The notes under the pieces: model-generated | What the model saw: only the letters and a program-made list of their open reading frames with translations | Told to the model about the DNA's origin: nothing | Databases searched by the model: none | Shown: piece after piece, positions 1 through 13,187 of the stretch | Layout of the letters: every line of letters begins with the position of its first letter | Numbering within the stretch: the first letter of the stretch is position 1 | From: Bugula neritina | Lineage: Eukaryota > Animalia > Bryozoa | Assembly: GCA_964035545.1 (NCBI GenBank) | Contig: OZ037766.1 | Location: 23,610,767 to 23,674,766 of the forward strand | DNA length: 64,000 nt | Direction: 5' to 3' | Program-made: the position numbers and the translations under genes

Positions 1-199
1 GAAATGATACATTTACCATGTATTAGGTAAGAAAGGAGTAACTAAATATAGTGATGGCTGAAAAAATACAGTGGTTTACTGTGGACGTGGTGTATATATG
101 AGGGATTGTGCTCCCACTTTGCACAGCTAACTTGAGAGCATAGGAAATGGTCTTAGAGATTAATGCACAAACTCAATCACAAACTAAAAAATCACTTAC

Positions 200-3100
200 C
201 CTACTGTTTGAGATTGTGTACATGTCATTCTCTACTTTCTTAGCATAGTTTAATAAATTCATCATCCGAGGGTCACTTATAACTCTGAGATCCGGAGTTG
301 GAAATATAGCTTGGACCCTACAGAAACAGGTAAACTATACAGAAACAGGTAAACTATGCAGAAACAGGTAAACTATACAGAAACAGGCAAACTATACAGT
401 AACCTATAAATATTGTCAACATATTATAACAATAGCAGCTTCTAACTATGATAGAGATAGTAGCAGCAAAATTCTAAACATTTCATAACCACCATCAATC
501 ACTTTCCTGGAAAAATAAACTAGTTATCGTACATAAAATGCTTATCATATCCGTATTGAAACACACAATAAAACTTACAGCTTTCTAACTAGAACAGTCC
601 GTAGGTCTGTCGAGAAATCGAGGTGCCAAGGCTTAGGTAGCACAACTTGTGGGTTGCCAACATCTAAAATACAACAAACATTTACAATATTTATGAGAAA
701 AAAGAGAGGAGACAAAAAAGGCAGGGTAAAAGTTAGAAGCAATAGACCCTTTACAGAGGCCCCTGATATCCCCTTTACAATTATAAGTTGTGTCCTCCCA
801 AAGTGAATAGGTTGAAACTTTGTATAAAGAGCAAACTCATTAAAAATTAAAAGTTTGGCTGCTACTTAAAATTATAATATTGCTATAAAATTGTTCCTTT
901 AGGAAATAGATATTTTGGTAAAAGCACACATATTAGCAATTAGAAAAAAAATTTTAAAATTATTTCTTTATGGATAAATTTGATAGAAAAAACTTAAAAC
1001 ATTTTTTTGCGTTTTTGGTTACTGAGCAATGCTGAAGTGGCAATAGCATTGCTCAGCAACCAAAGCCACAAAATTGAGTTCTAGTTTATTTTCTTCAACA
1101 ATTTTCATTTTGGGAGAACACAACTCTTAATTGTAAGGGAGATGTTGGGAACCTCTGAAAAGAATCTATTGGCCAATAATGGCCCAGTTTGGCTTTTACC
1201 TGCTGTTCGGAGAGGTAGATTTACACCTGCGGTTGGTGGGTTATTGTTAGGACTATATTCCATTCCTAAAGCAGCATATGCCTTTTTCATTTCTTCTACA
1301 TTAATAGGAACACCATTTTGCTGTCTCTGAATTTGAAAGTTGTTTGGAGATGAATTACCTAAAATCAGTTGATCAACATCATCAATATTTTATGGCTGGT
1401 TCACGCTACAGCAAAAAGTGCTATTGCAGTCACAGCAAGATCTAGTTTCAGTCACAGCAAGATCTAGTTTCAGTCACAGCCAGCTAGTTTTAGCAATGCT
1501 TTTAGTCATGAGCCTAATTCATTAGCTGTTATCGGAGTGTTGATTGTTTGAGTGTTTCTACTTATTCCACTGCTACTAGCCAGAATTCTTCAACACAACA
1601 CCTCAAAAACTATCATTTTATTGAAAACAGCTAAAATTAGCAAAAACACGTTTGTAAATTTATCCAAATTATAAATAAAATAACTAAATACAATTAAGCT
1701 AAATTACACTGGTAGATTTAATTATGTTTACGTTGGTAAGTTTAGCTAAATAATACTAGCAAGCCTAAGATTTATTAAAAAATAAAGGAATTTAGGCTAT
1801 TAAAAATAAAATTTTCCTACTGCTTCACCTAAATGACTCGAAGTTAATTTGTCATATTAGTGTGTAGTCCTGTTTCTTGACAGATTACTTTGTGCAATCA
1901 TTGGAACAAGAAAACATGTAAAGAAAATTTTGTTTTAATAATAGAACTTGAACATGTTAATAAACTAGTAACTTAGTCTAACTCGAAGGCAGGTACGAAT
2001 AGTGACTAACCTTGAAAGTTAGAGTCGTGAGGCTTTGCCAAGACTTGAGGTTGCTGAGAGTTTATATGCTGATGACTAGATATGTTGATGTTAGGGGAGA
2101 TGTGATTGGCCACCGGACTGGTCAGGTGATTCTGGAGAACTTGCCCATGGGATGGAAGTTGCTGCTGTTGTTGCTGCTGCACAAGAGATAGCTGCCGAGA
2201 TACGGTCTGACTTGGGTGTGATATGTTAGGGTAGTTGGGCTGGTACTGTGGATGAGCGTTGTTGGCAGGCGCTGTAATAAATCAACACTCTTGGTACTAA
2301 TGGATGTTCTATCTCAACACCACTACAGTCAACGGCAGGCAAAAGAAAGAATTATGGTGGCAAGACCACGTGCTTACAGCAGGTCAAGATGGCGTCTTCC
2401 AGGTCAATAGGTGCTTTACTGGTGTGAGGAAACAAAAGCTAGGCATTTACAAATTGCTGGTTATATTATGCATTCCTGAATAACATGAACTATTACATAA
2501 TCTGAAAGCCAACATTTATTATCTTTCTTACACTATAAAATTGTACTTTACTTTGAATGTTTTGAGAGGGCCAGATGATAGCTTACAACTAAGGCTCATA
2601 ATAATAACAGTGTGCTCTAAAACAAGTTTTATATGGCTTACAGATGCCGTGGTGGAGTATTTTGTTACATGAACCCTGTTCAGTTGACCAGATAGATTTC
2701 AGAGGTGTTCGGACTGAGAGAAACAAGTAAGTGTCAAATATTGTGCCTTACTTAGATCACAGTCTTTAGGCTTCAAGTCAATATTCACTAGAAGTTCTAG
2801 AAACTACCGCCAAGTGTTCAAGGGAATAACAACCCTGCCACATTGAATTCTAGCTAATTTAACTGTAAGTGAGCAGAGGAAGGTTAGATGGGCAGATAGT
2901 GCTAGCATATGAGATGAGATTTCAAGATAATTATAGCTGAAAATCTCCAACTTGAAAAAAATGCTTTATTCCATTGGCAGACAACTTCTAATACTCATAA
3001 TAGAATGACAAATTTATTTTGATTAATACTACTACTTGGAGTAAAGGTATTTTTGAACATTCATTGCAACTATTTAATCAACAGTATACAATTACATTAA

Positions 3101-6100
3101 CATTTTATGTAAACAATGTATGGTCATAACTTTAAATATCAAGGGTGCTCAAGAACTACTAGCTTCCCTAAGCCTAGGGCCACACTGCGTATTTTCGCAT
3201 GCGAACATTTAAACCACAAGTAGCAAAGGTGTCCACTGTATGCGTTGAGAAAACATTCGCACTTGTCGCTCAGCATTCTGAACGCAAGTGCGAATTGTCT
3301 CTGTCATCGTCACCTAATTGGCTGGTAGTTATTTAGCGAGCCCAATTCTTTTATTTTAGTGCAATATTCCAGTAAATTGCGTTTTATTAAAAGCGAGTGC
3401 GATTTAAAAATGAAAGCTTTATTTATCACGCATCACTGACGCTACAGTGGACACCTTTGCTACTTGTGGTTTCAATTTTTGCATGCGAAAATACCCACCG
3501 CGTGGCCCTAGGCTTACAAAAGAATAAATAGACTCATTACTCAAGACTTTTACGCTTCAGTTTATTTATTTTATTTTATTGTCCAAGTATGCAATAATTG
3601 AATATTGTACCCCTTAAACCTAGTAGCAAAACTAATTCAAAACCTGATTTATATGCAATACATTCATGACTAGAAGAGAAATATGAGGGCCATAAAACTG
3701 CTACTATAAAATATGAATAGAGGCAATCATACAGAAGCCAACTTGGCATAAAGTAATCGTTCAAAAATTAGCTAACGATTTTTTGAGAAATTTTACTATA
3801 CAGTGAAGACTAACTACATGCTTGCTAAACATTGAATTAATAAAATGAACGACCAACAAACCTGATTGCCTGCCCGTCACATATACACCATTCACACCAA
3901 TAGTATTCATAGGGTTGGCTACAGAGCTGTTAGTTGCGTACTGAGTACTGCCGTCGCCATTCTGTAGAGGTCTCTTGGATCCAGCTATAGTTGAACCTTT
4001 CTTATGGACAGACTTGAGGGGAAGACAGACGGCACAGGTGGGGTTGGAGCAGTTTTTCCAGTGCGCAATAATTTGGCGTGAAGAGACACAGTGGCTTTCT
4101 ACAAAAAATCATTAACAGTAAAATATTGGAAGATTTTGATGGCAACAGTAGAACTATGTAAAGCAATACACTGGGCTGTAAAATGTAAATTGACCAAGAA
4201 CCCATCACTAAAGGTATTGCAATAGTCTTGTTTATAAGACTGTGTTTATTAGGGACTGGACATCTGGGGTACTAAAAGCATTTTATTGATTTATTGTAAG
4301 ATTTATTCATAAACACTCGAATGGGCTCAGTAGAATTTCCACTTTTTCACTCCTGTAGAAATTGGGTAACCTGGATCAACTGCTGAATTTATGGTGTATG
4401 AATCTATTTATCTTGTAAAAACCTTAGCATTATTCAAATTGACAAGTGGATGCAAAGTAGCAGTACTAGCGTTATTAGTTAAGCTTCCCTTTTCCTCCCT
4501 CATCAGTTGGACCCATGATTATATATACAATATGCAAATAGGTACCATTAGCTAAAAACCTAGCAATTGGCTTTTTAAATAATTCCTCAATGATTTTTAT
4601 AAATGTTTGAAAATATATCACAGTTTCTAAAAATAGCTACATCAATGTTCTTCTAAATATGCAGCATACCGAGAAAAGTATTACTAGAAGGAGAAGTATG
4701 GTGTGTATTCAAAGAGGCCTGCTAAGTACTCTACATTACTGTAACATAAAGTACAAATGAGACAACTCTTGTATGTGACTTTATTAGAACATGCATTGAA
4801 GGAGTATGCCCTTTCGGTTTACAGTGGTGTCCTTAAAATGTGAATTCAGGTTTATTTCAGACTTAATTAAAATCATTTTCAAGATAATGTCTGCCTCTAT
4901 TGCTAGTTGAAAATTTACAAATTTTCTCTACCATTCAACAACAATATGCGTTTTACATGTTTCGATACATATAGGAGTTGTATCCCCAAGTGCTGCTTTT
5001 CACTTACCTTTACAAAGTCTTCCCAGTTGGCAGGTGGACATGTGTGCCAAGGCTTTCTTCATAACAGCACAGTACTGTAATGTGCACACGTTACTTCCAT
5101 CCTATAAGAACAGTCATCAAAGTCGTAATTTTCATGAGCTGCATACATTGCTTATAACTATTAAATTCTCAACATTCAAAAGGTTAACAATTCACATCAG
5201 TTTCTGAACAGTATGCTAGTAGTTTTTGATGAACTCACATATTAGGTTATATTGTTTCAATTACCAAAAATTCATATATTTTTCAAAGTACAATTCCAAT
5301 AGATGGAATAGACTTTTTGGATTTAATAGTGAATTGTCTTTTGGTGAATAAGGTTTGCTTAAAACTGAGAAACATAACAAAATTGAGGCAATAAATGGTC
5401 AATTGATTTACATCCATATTGGGAGATTGATTAAAATTGACTTGTTATGAAAAAAGTAATCTTTTAAAAAAAAAACATAAAAAGTCCCATTTCAACAGCT
5501 TTTCAAGCTATCATTCAAATTATATTGGAGAGTTAATCAACGTCTATCTTGTGCCACATGGTAACCGGTCCTATAAATCACTTTGTTTACTTTATATTAG
5601 TTCAGGTGTTATAAATAGTGTAGTTAGTAAGAGGTGCTGCTTGCTTTAAATTTAGAAACAAAAATTCTCTCACGGCAATTTTATCCTTCAAAATGCTGCT
5701 TGTTCCACTTTTGAAGATAGATGCAGCTTTTGATAGTATATTTGGCAATAACTGAATTTTATTCAACAAGAAATTCTATCAACAAGAGTGTCAAGGAATT
5801 TCCAGCTCAGAATCAAAAAGCTCCTCAGTTTGATACAAAATTTCCATCAGATTCAACATATGATTTTCGGCAAGGGGTGACAGCAAAACATAGTTATTCT
5901 TGTGACTTACTTCATTGGGCCCTGGTTGGTTTGCCCTCTGACACTTGTGAGCGTGCAGGAGCAAGACGAGCTGCTGTGTTATCATACGCTGTTTTGTTGG
6001 GTCAGCAGACAAAGCAACGCCTCCACTTCCGCTGCCAGCAGCTGGGGAGAGAAGATTTGGTCTCATAGTGACCGGCTGCTGCCTCTGTAGCTGCTGAGGT

Positions 6101-8323
6101 CGCTGTTGCTGCTGCTGAGGTCGAACTGTAGAGATTAGAGGCTGGCCTTGTGCTTGAGGCCTCTGGTGCTACAAGATATTACTTACTCTACACAAGCAGA
6201 CACGCAACTATAATTTGCAAAGTAAAATATACTTACATATATATTAAGGATTCGCATTTAAAAAAAACTGGCATAGCTTAGTCGTAAAGCTGTAGGCTTA
6301 CTTACAAATTGAACAAGGCAAAAAGCTGAAATAGTCAAAATAAATCCAAAGCCGCCATTGGTAAATTCTGGTATTAGTGAGCAAGATAACTTATTGAAAT
6401 GAGCTCCTTACCATTCCATTCAGCTGCACTGCAGTGACAGTTTGTGAAGGACGAGAAGGAACAGTGGACATCAGATGCACATTGTTATTGGTTGCCATAG
6501 AAGCAGGCCTAGCAGTCTGTGGGAGTTGAGATTGCTGTACATTAAAGACAGAAGACGTAGCTACAGATGAATTCGAAGCTAAATGGTATCCTCCAGTACT
6601 GCTACCACCAACTCGAATTATTGGCTGTGAAACGGGATGTTGCCGACTGACAATTTGCTGAGATGATAGTTGGCCACCATTGATCTGCTGTGAGACGGAG
6701 CTGTTGGTGTTTACAGTCGTTGATACTATCATTGGCTCATTAGACGAATTGGTTGCATTACTGTTAAGAGAACTCAACCCATTCAAGTTTCCAGCATCTA
6801 AGGAAGTTGGCATGGAAAGAAGAGAGTCTGGCAGGTCATTGAGTGCAGAGAAATCAACTTCTAAAATGGTCAACATGGAATGTAGAGAAACAACTGATAG
6901 AATGTGACTGCATTCTCCAAGACAAGGTAAGTTTTAAAGTATCACTGAAACCGTGTATTCTATGTTTGTGTAGAATTATTTATTCAATTATTGGTAATTT
7001 GATTTAGTATTTTGTTCAAAATCATAATAATAGCTTAAAAAAACTAGGTGTCTACATGCACTTTTAGACAAGAATGAGTTTCAATAACATTGCAACTTAT
7101 TTTAATGACTAACTTGTTCCCTAACTTACTTTCAGAATAAATCGATCTTAGATTCAGTGAGTGACTATTACCAAAATGACCAGCTCTAGGTTTAACTTGA
7201 AAGTTAAAACTAAGACAGGTTATCATATTCATTGATATAACAATAACTAATTTATATCATCAATTATATTAGTATTGTCATTAGTATTTGCAGTTTTATG
7301 AGTGATATTCATATGATCGTATTGATTTTGATCTACTAGTACTAATGTGAAGCATACTACTCGTCAAAAGCTTTATTATACCTATGGCTATAGGCTATAG
7401 TATAGTTCAAGTTATACCAACACTTATAGTTATACTTATAAATTATAGTGACCCTCATAGTCAGAGCAACAGTAATAGTAATTTCAATGTTTATACAAAT
7501 AGTTATACTAATAGTTCAAGTTAGTAAGACTTAAAGTGGGGTATTACTATTACTTTCTACTATTAATAATATACTTCTTAAACATTGATAATAAACAATC
7601 ATAATCATTGTACTTGTTATGAGAAGATACTCAGTAAAATAAATTTTAATTTAAATGTTATTCTAATATGAATCAAAATGTTAATAATTATAATAAGTAA
7701 TTAAGTAATTTTACTTACACTTAGTTACCGTTAGTTTTACAGTCACTGTCTGTGTTGTTATGACCTTAAGTTTACTTTCTTTTTTACAAATTAAAATTTT
7801 AGAACAAAAATGTAATTCAAATTGTCATTTATAAACATTTATAATTTGAAATCCAATACTAACAGTAATAGTGATACACATAGTTGCTTATAGTCATAGT
7901 GCTAACTAATACTAATAGTAACACTACTAGTAATATTAAATTCAATACTATTATTAATAATAGTATTAAATTCAATATTACTATTACAGTATTAGTGTTA
8001 CTAAATATTATTAATAATAATATTTATATTTATACCGGAATTATTCTTATTTAAATATTTATACTTTAATGGCTACAATAATAATTATGAACGTAAATTT
8101 AAAGTATAATTTAATATTCATAATCACTATTATGATTATTATATTTATTTGTTATGCTTGTAAGTAATTAAAATAACGACAGTTTGAGTTCAACGTCAAC
8201 TTTAATTTACTTTTACTTTAAGCTAAAATTCAATTTTTATTTTATACCTGTGAGAGCAGTCGTTTCATCTGGATTCTGAATTTTTGGTCTTTTTGGACTT
8301 GGTTCATCATCTGGCATCTGCAT
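200..8323 (-). CDS. CREBBP: CREB-binding protein / p300 histone acetyltransferase, 5' part (continues beyond position 1). Exons: 8248-8323, 6412-6860, 5911-6168, 5008-5101, 3862-4098, [2642-2713 optional], 2011-2271, 1200-1358, 579-663, 200-317
   Basis: N-terminus [16 protein letters not shown]...[15 protein letters not shown] resembles CBP/p300 (PKRxK...DFGSLFDLExDLPDEL). TAZ1 reads [79 protein letters not shown], with all 12 Zn ligands. MKKAYAALG motif present. KIX reads [57 protein letters not shown]. All junctions are GT-AG and phase-compatible. Confidence 0.96.
319..399. repeat. 19-bp minisatellite (tacagaaacaggtaaacta), ~4 copies, abutting the KIX-exon acceptor
   Basis: Unit read directly; one substitution in some copies. 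Confidence 0.9.
1005..1073 (-). other. ~69-nt near-perfect hairpin in a CBP intron
   Basis: The - strand reads TTTTGTGGCTTTGGTTGCTGAGCAATGCT-ATTGCCACTTC-AGCATTGCTCAGTAACCAAAAACGCAAAA: ~29-bp stem with a 2x2 internal loop and G-U pairs. Confidence 0.8.
1427..1490. repeat. 22-bp tandem repeat (cagtcacagcaagatctagttt), ~3 copies
   Basis: Read directly. Confidence 0.85.
3171..3514. mobile_element. MITE (non-autonomous DNA transposon) in a CBP intron
   Basis: ~70-bp imperfect TIRs (AGCCTAGGGCCAC...AAGGTGTCCACTGTA / TACAGTGGACACCTT...GTGGCCCTAGGCT), flanked by TA on both sides; no ORF. Confidence 0.8.
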
Positions 8324-8830
8324 TGTTAACTTGCAGCCGTTTCAAGTTGTACACATTTAGGATTAAAAACTCATTTTATTTTTATCATGTTGGATTTTAC
8401 AAGAATTTACGGTCGATTCACATTTAGTGATTTACTTGGGAAGTCTCGTGAATTCTCGTCTTAATCTTAAAAACGAGAGTCTGTCTAATATTCCTTATAA
8501 CTCGGTGATATATTGTTTTTGTGTGTATTCTTTTAAACCAGTTGTGTAATTTTATTAATTCTTTCACTTGGCCAAGATAAGAAATCAAGTTCACATCGAA
8601 GAACGCAAATAACTGACTTAAAAGACGGACGGAAAATAAATTTACAAATACAATATGGCAGACTACTTTGTCATTGAACTTGAGATTAAAAGTCGTAATT
8701 AACTGACTCTTGTTGTTTGCGCAAGTAAGTGATATTTACGATATAAATAGCGACTCACAACAGTACAATAGTAATGTGAAGGTCAAATTTCTGACGCAAG
8801 TGTGCGATCTACGAGTGTGTGTAACGAAAG
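8324..8830. promoter_or_regulatory. Putative bidirectional promoter region for CBP (-) and PAM16 (+)
   Basis: CpG-enriched patch between the CBP ATG (8323) and a + strand donor CAA|GTAAGT at 8725, which could splice to the TAG acceptor at 11110 ahead of the PAM16 ATG exon. Confidence 0.55.
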
Positions 8831-9359
8831 TTCTATCTTTGGATTAGCTAATGCCTGATCATTAAATTTAAAATTAATGTTGCAAAATATCATCTCTTTT
8901 TAGGATTGGATTTAGTGTGCTACTAATTGAAGTTTATCTTGCAAAATGATCTAGGATTTTTCAAGTAGTAAAAACGGAAAATGAGCTGTAATCAGCAAAA
9001 CTAAATGTAATCAGTAATCACTAAATCAGTAAATGTAATGACTAACTCTAAGTGAAAGTCTAATGAATCTTATTACTAAAAGTAAATAACTATAACTATA
9101 AGTATAAGTTATAGTATAACTATAAGTATAACAATAAGTATAACTATTACTATTAGTCTTAGATTAGTTATTAGTTATTATTTTTATACTTATAGTTATA
9201 CTAATACTAGTACTAGTAGTAATCATATTCATAATAATTATGAATATCAATATCATAATTATAGTGGCATACTAATAATGATGATGATCATAATGCTGAA
9301 AGTGAAAGTAGAGGATGTACAGTGCACTAAAAGTAAAAGTAAAACTTCAAGTTTAACTT

Positions 9360-9560
9360 AAACTACTACTAGTGCTAGCCTAGTAGTAGTAGTAGTAGTA
9401 GTAGCGCTAGTAGTAGTAATACTACTAGTAGTGCTAGTACTTATACACTTACAGTGTGAGACTGAGTGTCAGTAGTACTACTAGTACTAGGTCTAGGAAC
9501 TACTAGTACTAGGTCTAGGAACTACTAGTACTAGTAGTGCTAGTACTACTAGTAGTAGTC
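9360..9560. repeat. Degenerate (TAG/ACT)n low-complexity tract
   Basis: tagtagtag runs and a duplicated tagtactaggtctaggaactac unit. Confidence 0.75.
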
Positions 9561-10871
9561 TCTATCAGTTTTTTAAGTCTAACTTTAAAGTCTAAGACTA
9601 ATTCTAAGAGTTGCATAGTTAGACTGAAAGTCAAAACTTTAAACTCAGAAGGCATGCATCACTTTTGTTAGACTTAGGGTTAGAGTAAGCCTAAAACTCT
9701 TAAGAGTTAAACTTAAAGTAAATCTACATTTGAACTCAAAGAGAGTAATCAGAATGATAATCATACTCATAGTCATACTGATACTGTAAGTCTCAGTCTG
9801 CAAATACTGATGATGATACAGCTTTCGATTCAAGTTTTTTACGTTTTGGCTCAAATTAGAATTCTCCTTATTATTATTATTATAAGTATACATGTGCTAA
9901 TTTGTACTGCATATTCAGGATTATTTTAAGTTTTAGTTTTAACAAGGTTCAATTATTAATTTCTAATTTATAATGAGAATAGAAATACCACATCAGCTCA
10001 CTTCATTTATTCAAGTAAACAAGTAGCAATTTTGCCTATTTTTAATTTTCGGCACCGTTGGGCATTACATTTGCCATATTAAATAATTGATATTTTAAAA
10101 ATTGAAATAGGGAATACTTTCATTCCAAAATGTGATGCTTGTTACAAAACCTGAAAGTATTGGTTATTTATAGGGGTAAAACAGTTTTTCATAAAACCCA
10201 CCTTTTTATGTATTTAAAATTTCAATTTGTGCCCAAATTTAAGAGAGTATGAGCATTTAAAAGACATTTAAGATCTGTTGGAAGTTCTGATGAAATTTGA
10301 ACCAGATAATTTTTTAGAATTATGCGTGTTAAATACTTTTAGTGACCAAGTATTTTTATTTAGATCATTGCTAATTTCCATGATGTTGCTTCTAGCTTCG
10401 TTCAGCTTTACCACAGTATTAATTATTATCAAATAACTAAATGCTTCTACACAAACTTCCTTTCTGGTTTTATTATATATAATAGTTCAGTTCTACCAGT
10501 GGTACTCTTTTCCTCTTTTAGCTAATAGCGTAAATACAGAAAAATGAGTATTGGTGGCAATCAAAATGTTGAAAAATTGTAAGGGTGCTGGCTACTTTGT
10601 CTATGCATTATTTAGTTTTTTCGCCCAACAAAATTGCTCAAATTATACTTGCCCATTGTTTTCAAGCACTTCTTAGTACAGCAATTATAATTTGATTTAA
10701 AAAGTAAAAATATTTTTCTGACATTTTAAAAGTGTTTTCTTGAACTTTTTAAAGTTAGTTAAATTAATGTAGGTTATTTTAATTTATTTGCCCAAGATTG
10801 TGTTGGAATAGTACTTTTGAAGTCGTATCAATTTTCAAGTATTAGATAACATAGAAGTTTAAAAGTAAGTA

Positions 10872-11020
10872 AGCAGCCGTGGTGTAGTGGTTACAGTGCT
10901 GGTCTAGTATGAAAAGCATTCAGTCATAATTGCCCCTGTGCCACATTAGAATAACTCTGTAGCTCACTTTAAAAAAGCCCTTTCCACCAGAGGCTCTCAC
11001 AAGGATAGCTACTATAAACT
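10872..11020 (+). mobile_element. Degenerate tRNA-derived SINE remnant (internally deleted)
   Basis: Pol III A-box-like TGGTGTAGTGGTTA. The 3' part (cacaagg...ctataaa) resembles the copy at 15369. Confidence 0.5.
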
Positions 11021-11180
11021 CACATTATATTTTTGTAGAAGTTTAAAAGTAGCTTTTGCTTTGTATTTGTATACATCTAACAAAGTTTTCTTGTTTGTTT
11101 TGTAACTTAGATTGACTGAATCATCTTACTTTTGTGCATGATAGTTGGACACTGAACATTTACTACTCTATAAACTCGCA

Positions 11181-13187
11181 ATGGTAGGTAGAATTCTATA
11201 TGTGTGATGTTCTAGCCCACTTATTACTATTCTGTCAATGCTGTTGTTGCTATTTGTGCTATTGAAACCTTTTTATATAACCCATTTTCTGCCCTTGTTT
11301 TGCAAAAAAAAATATGACCAATGGTTTCGTAACTGCATTGATAAAACCAGCCATAGGTCTCACAACTATTACAGCTATTTATATATTGTTGTTATCATAT
11401 TTGTTCAACGATGTGCTTGTACTTCAACTTTCAGCATGAAGAACTATAATTATGACGACAAATGATCTTGGACATTTTTCAAAATTATTTATTTGAAGTT
11501 AATACTCCTTTAGTATTCTAAATATGCATTGCTCTATCTTTTTAAAGATTGGACTATCTGTATTGTAATGAGTTATTTTAAGTTTTTCATATTGGTAAAA
11601 ACTAGCACCGGTCTCCCAATTCTCTTTACGTTGAAGATGCCATAAGTAATTAAGAAAACCTTGAATAAGATGCCAAAATAATAATAGCTTTTATTAAAAC
11701 TCTTTAATGTGATACGTATAACACGTAACATTTATTACACAGTAAAGTTTGCTCTTCAGGCGAAACATTTGATACAAATTGTGGTGCAAGGAATTACAGT
11801 TGTTGGGCGAGCATTTGGTCAAGCTGTTAAGCAGGAAATCAGGTATAGCCAGGAAGCTGCTAAAAGGTCTGGTGGTGGTGAGAAGGGTCAAAGGTCAGCT
11901 CAGTCTGACCTCTACCATGGCTTGACCTTACAGGTGAGGCACAAGTGTATTTATAACTTATATTATGTGTGGTGGCTCCTGAAGTATGACTTCTAATTTG
12001 CTATCATTTATATAAAATAATTGCTGTAAATCCCATGTTTTAGTGGCCGAATGTACTGCTTAAGTTGCCTGCTGCATGTTCTGTTGGTTACACTCTTATT
12101 ATTTCTGTGAAAAGAGTTTTCATCAGCAAGAAGTAGAAACAATCTATCTTTTAATATAAAATTTAGTTATATGAATTTGATATAAGAAAGAAAATAGCAT
12201 GTCGACAACCAAACAGCCTACTATTCAGTTTTTTTAGGATTGACTTTTTAGCTCAGTGAATAAGCGCTCACTCCATACACAGAGCAGGTACTGTATGGGT
12301 TCAACCCTCACAGCCGGCTGGCTATTTTCAAAAGGGCTATTTATTATAAAGACCAAACTTTGGATAGTTGTTTCTTGAACATGTTGAGTTGTCATCTCTT
12401 TGTATCCTTGGTCACAGCCCAGCTGTTTGTATTGACAGGAGGCACAACAAGTTCTCAATGTTAAAGACATCACAGATACTGAAACAGTGGAGAAAAATTA
12501 TAATCATTTATTTAAAGTGAATGACAAAAAGTCAGGTGGCAGCTTCTATCTTCAGTCAAAGGTGAGTGTAGCTTCTCTTGCCAATGATATCTAGAGCCTC
12601 TCACATCCATCCATCCCATCAAAAAGTATGGTGGCTGAGGCAGTTGTTAAGTTTTAATGGAGAGATATATCAGTTAACTTTGACCTCTAAATTAAAATGC
12701 CTGTTTTGTTGAAGTAATAAATGACTGGTGGGTAAAATGTTTTTACAATTGATGATGAAGAATTGGGAGTTGTCTCAATACAGGATACGTTTTTAGAATT
12801 GCTGCAAGCGTGCTAGAAAAAGTTAATTTTCAGCTTTTAAGAAGATGCAGTAGAACATTTTATAAAGGAAAACGGATGTCAAAAAGTGCCAGTACAGCAT
12901 ACACTTCCAATAGTTCAGTTATATTACACCGTTTAGCACAGGCATTTGATGTTCATTATTTGTTATCCTCGTAATTCATTTCTGGTTTAAGCTGTTCATC
13001 TTGTGAACACCTTTAAATCTGTAACTAATCTTTCTACACCAAATGCGTTCAAATTGACACCATTTCTTTTTCTTGGCAGGTTTTTCGAGCAAAAGAACGA
13101 ATAGATATGGAGTTATTAGAAACTTCCCAACAAAAAGAGAATACAACTTCAAAAGACACAGAGAATTCAAACGCTTCCAAAGGATGA
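11181..13187 (+). CDS. PAM16: Mitochondrial import inner-membrane translocase subunit Tim16 (PAM16/Magmas), 135 aa. Exons: 11181-11183, 11760-11933, 12439-12561, 13080-13187
   Basis: [27 protein letters not shown]...[13 protein letters not shown]...[31 protein letters not shown] matches the PAM16 J-like domain. ATG-only first coding exon; all introns phase 0, GT-AG. Confidence 0.97.

Noticed and set aside
1394-1875. Possible Harbinger-like element starting GGCTGGTTCAC
   Set aside because: No convincing matching terminus or TSD found.
5721-6907. Plus-strand ORFs 5721-6068, 5902-6090 and 6680-6907
   Set aside because: Antisense shadows of CBP exons.
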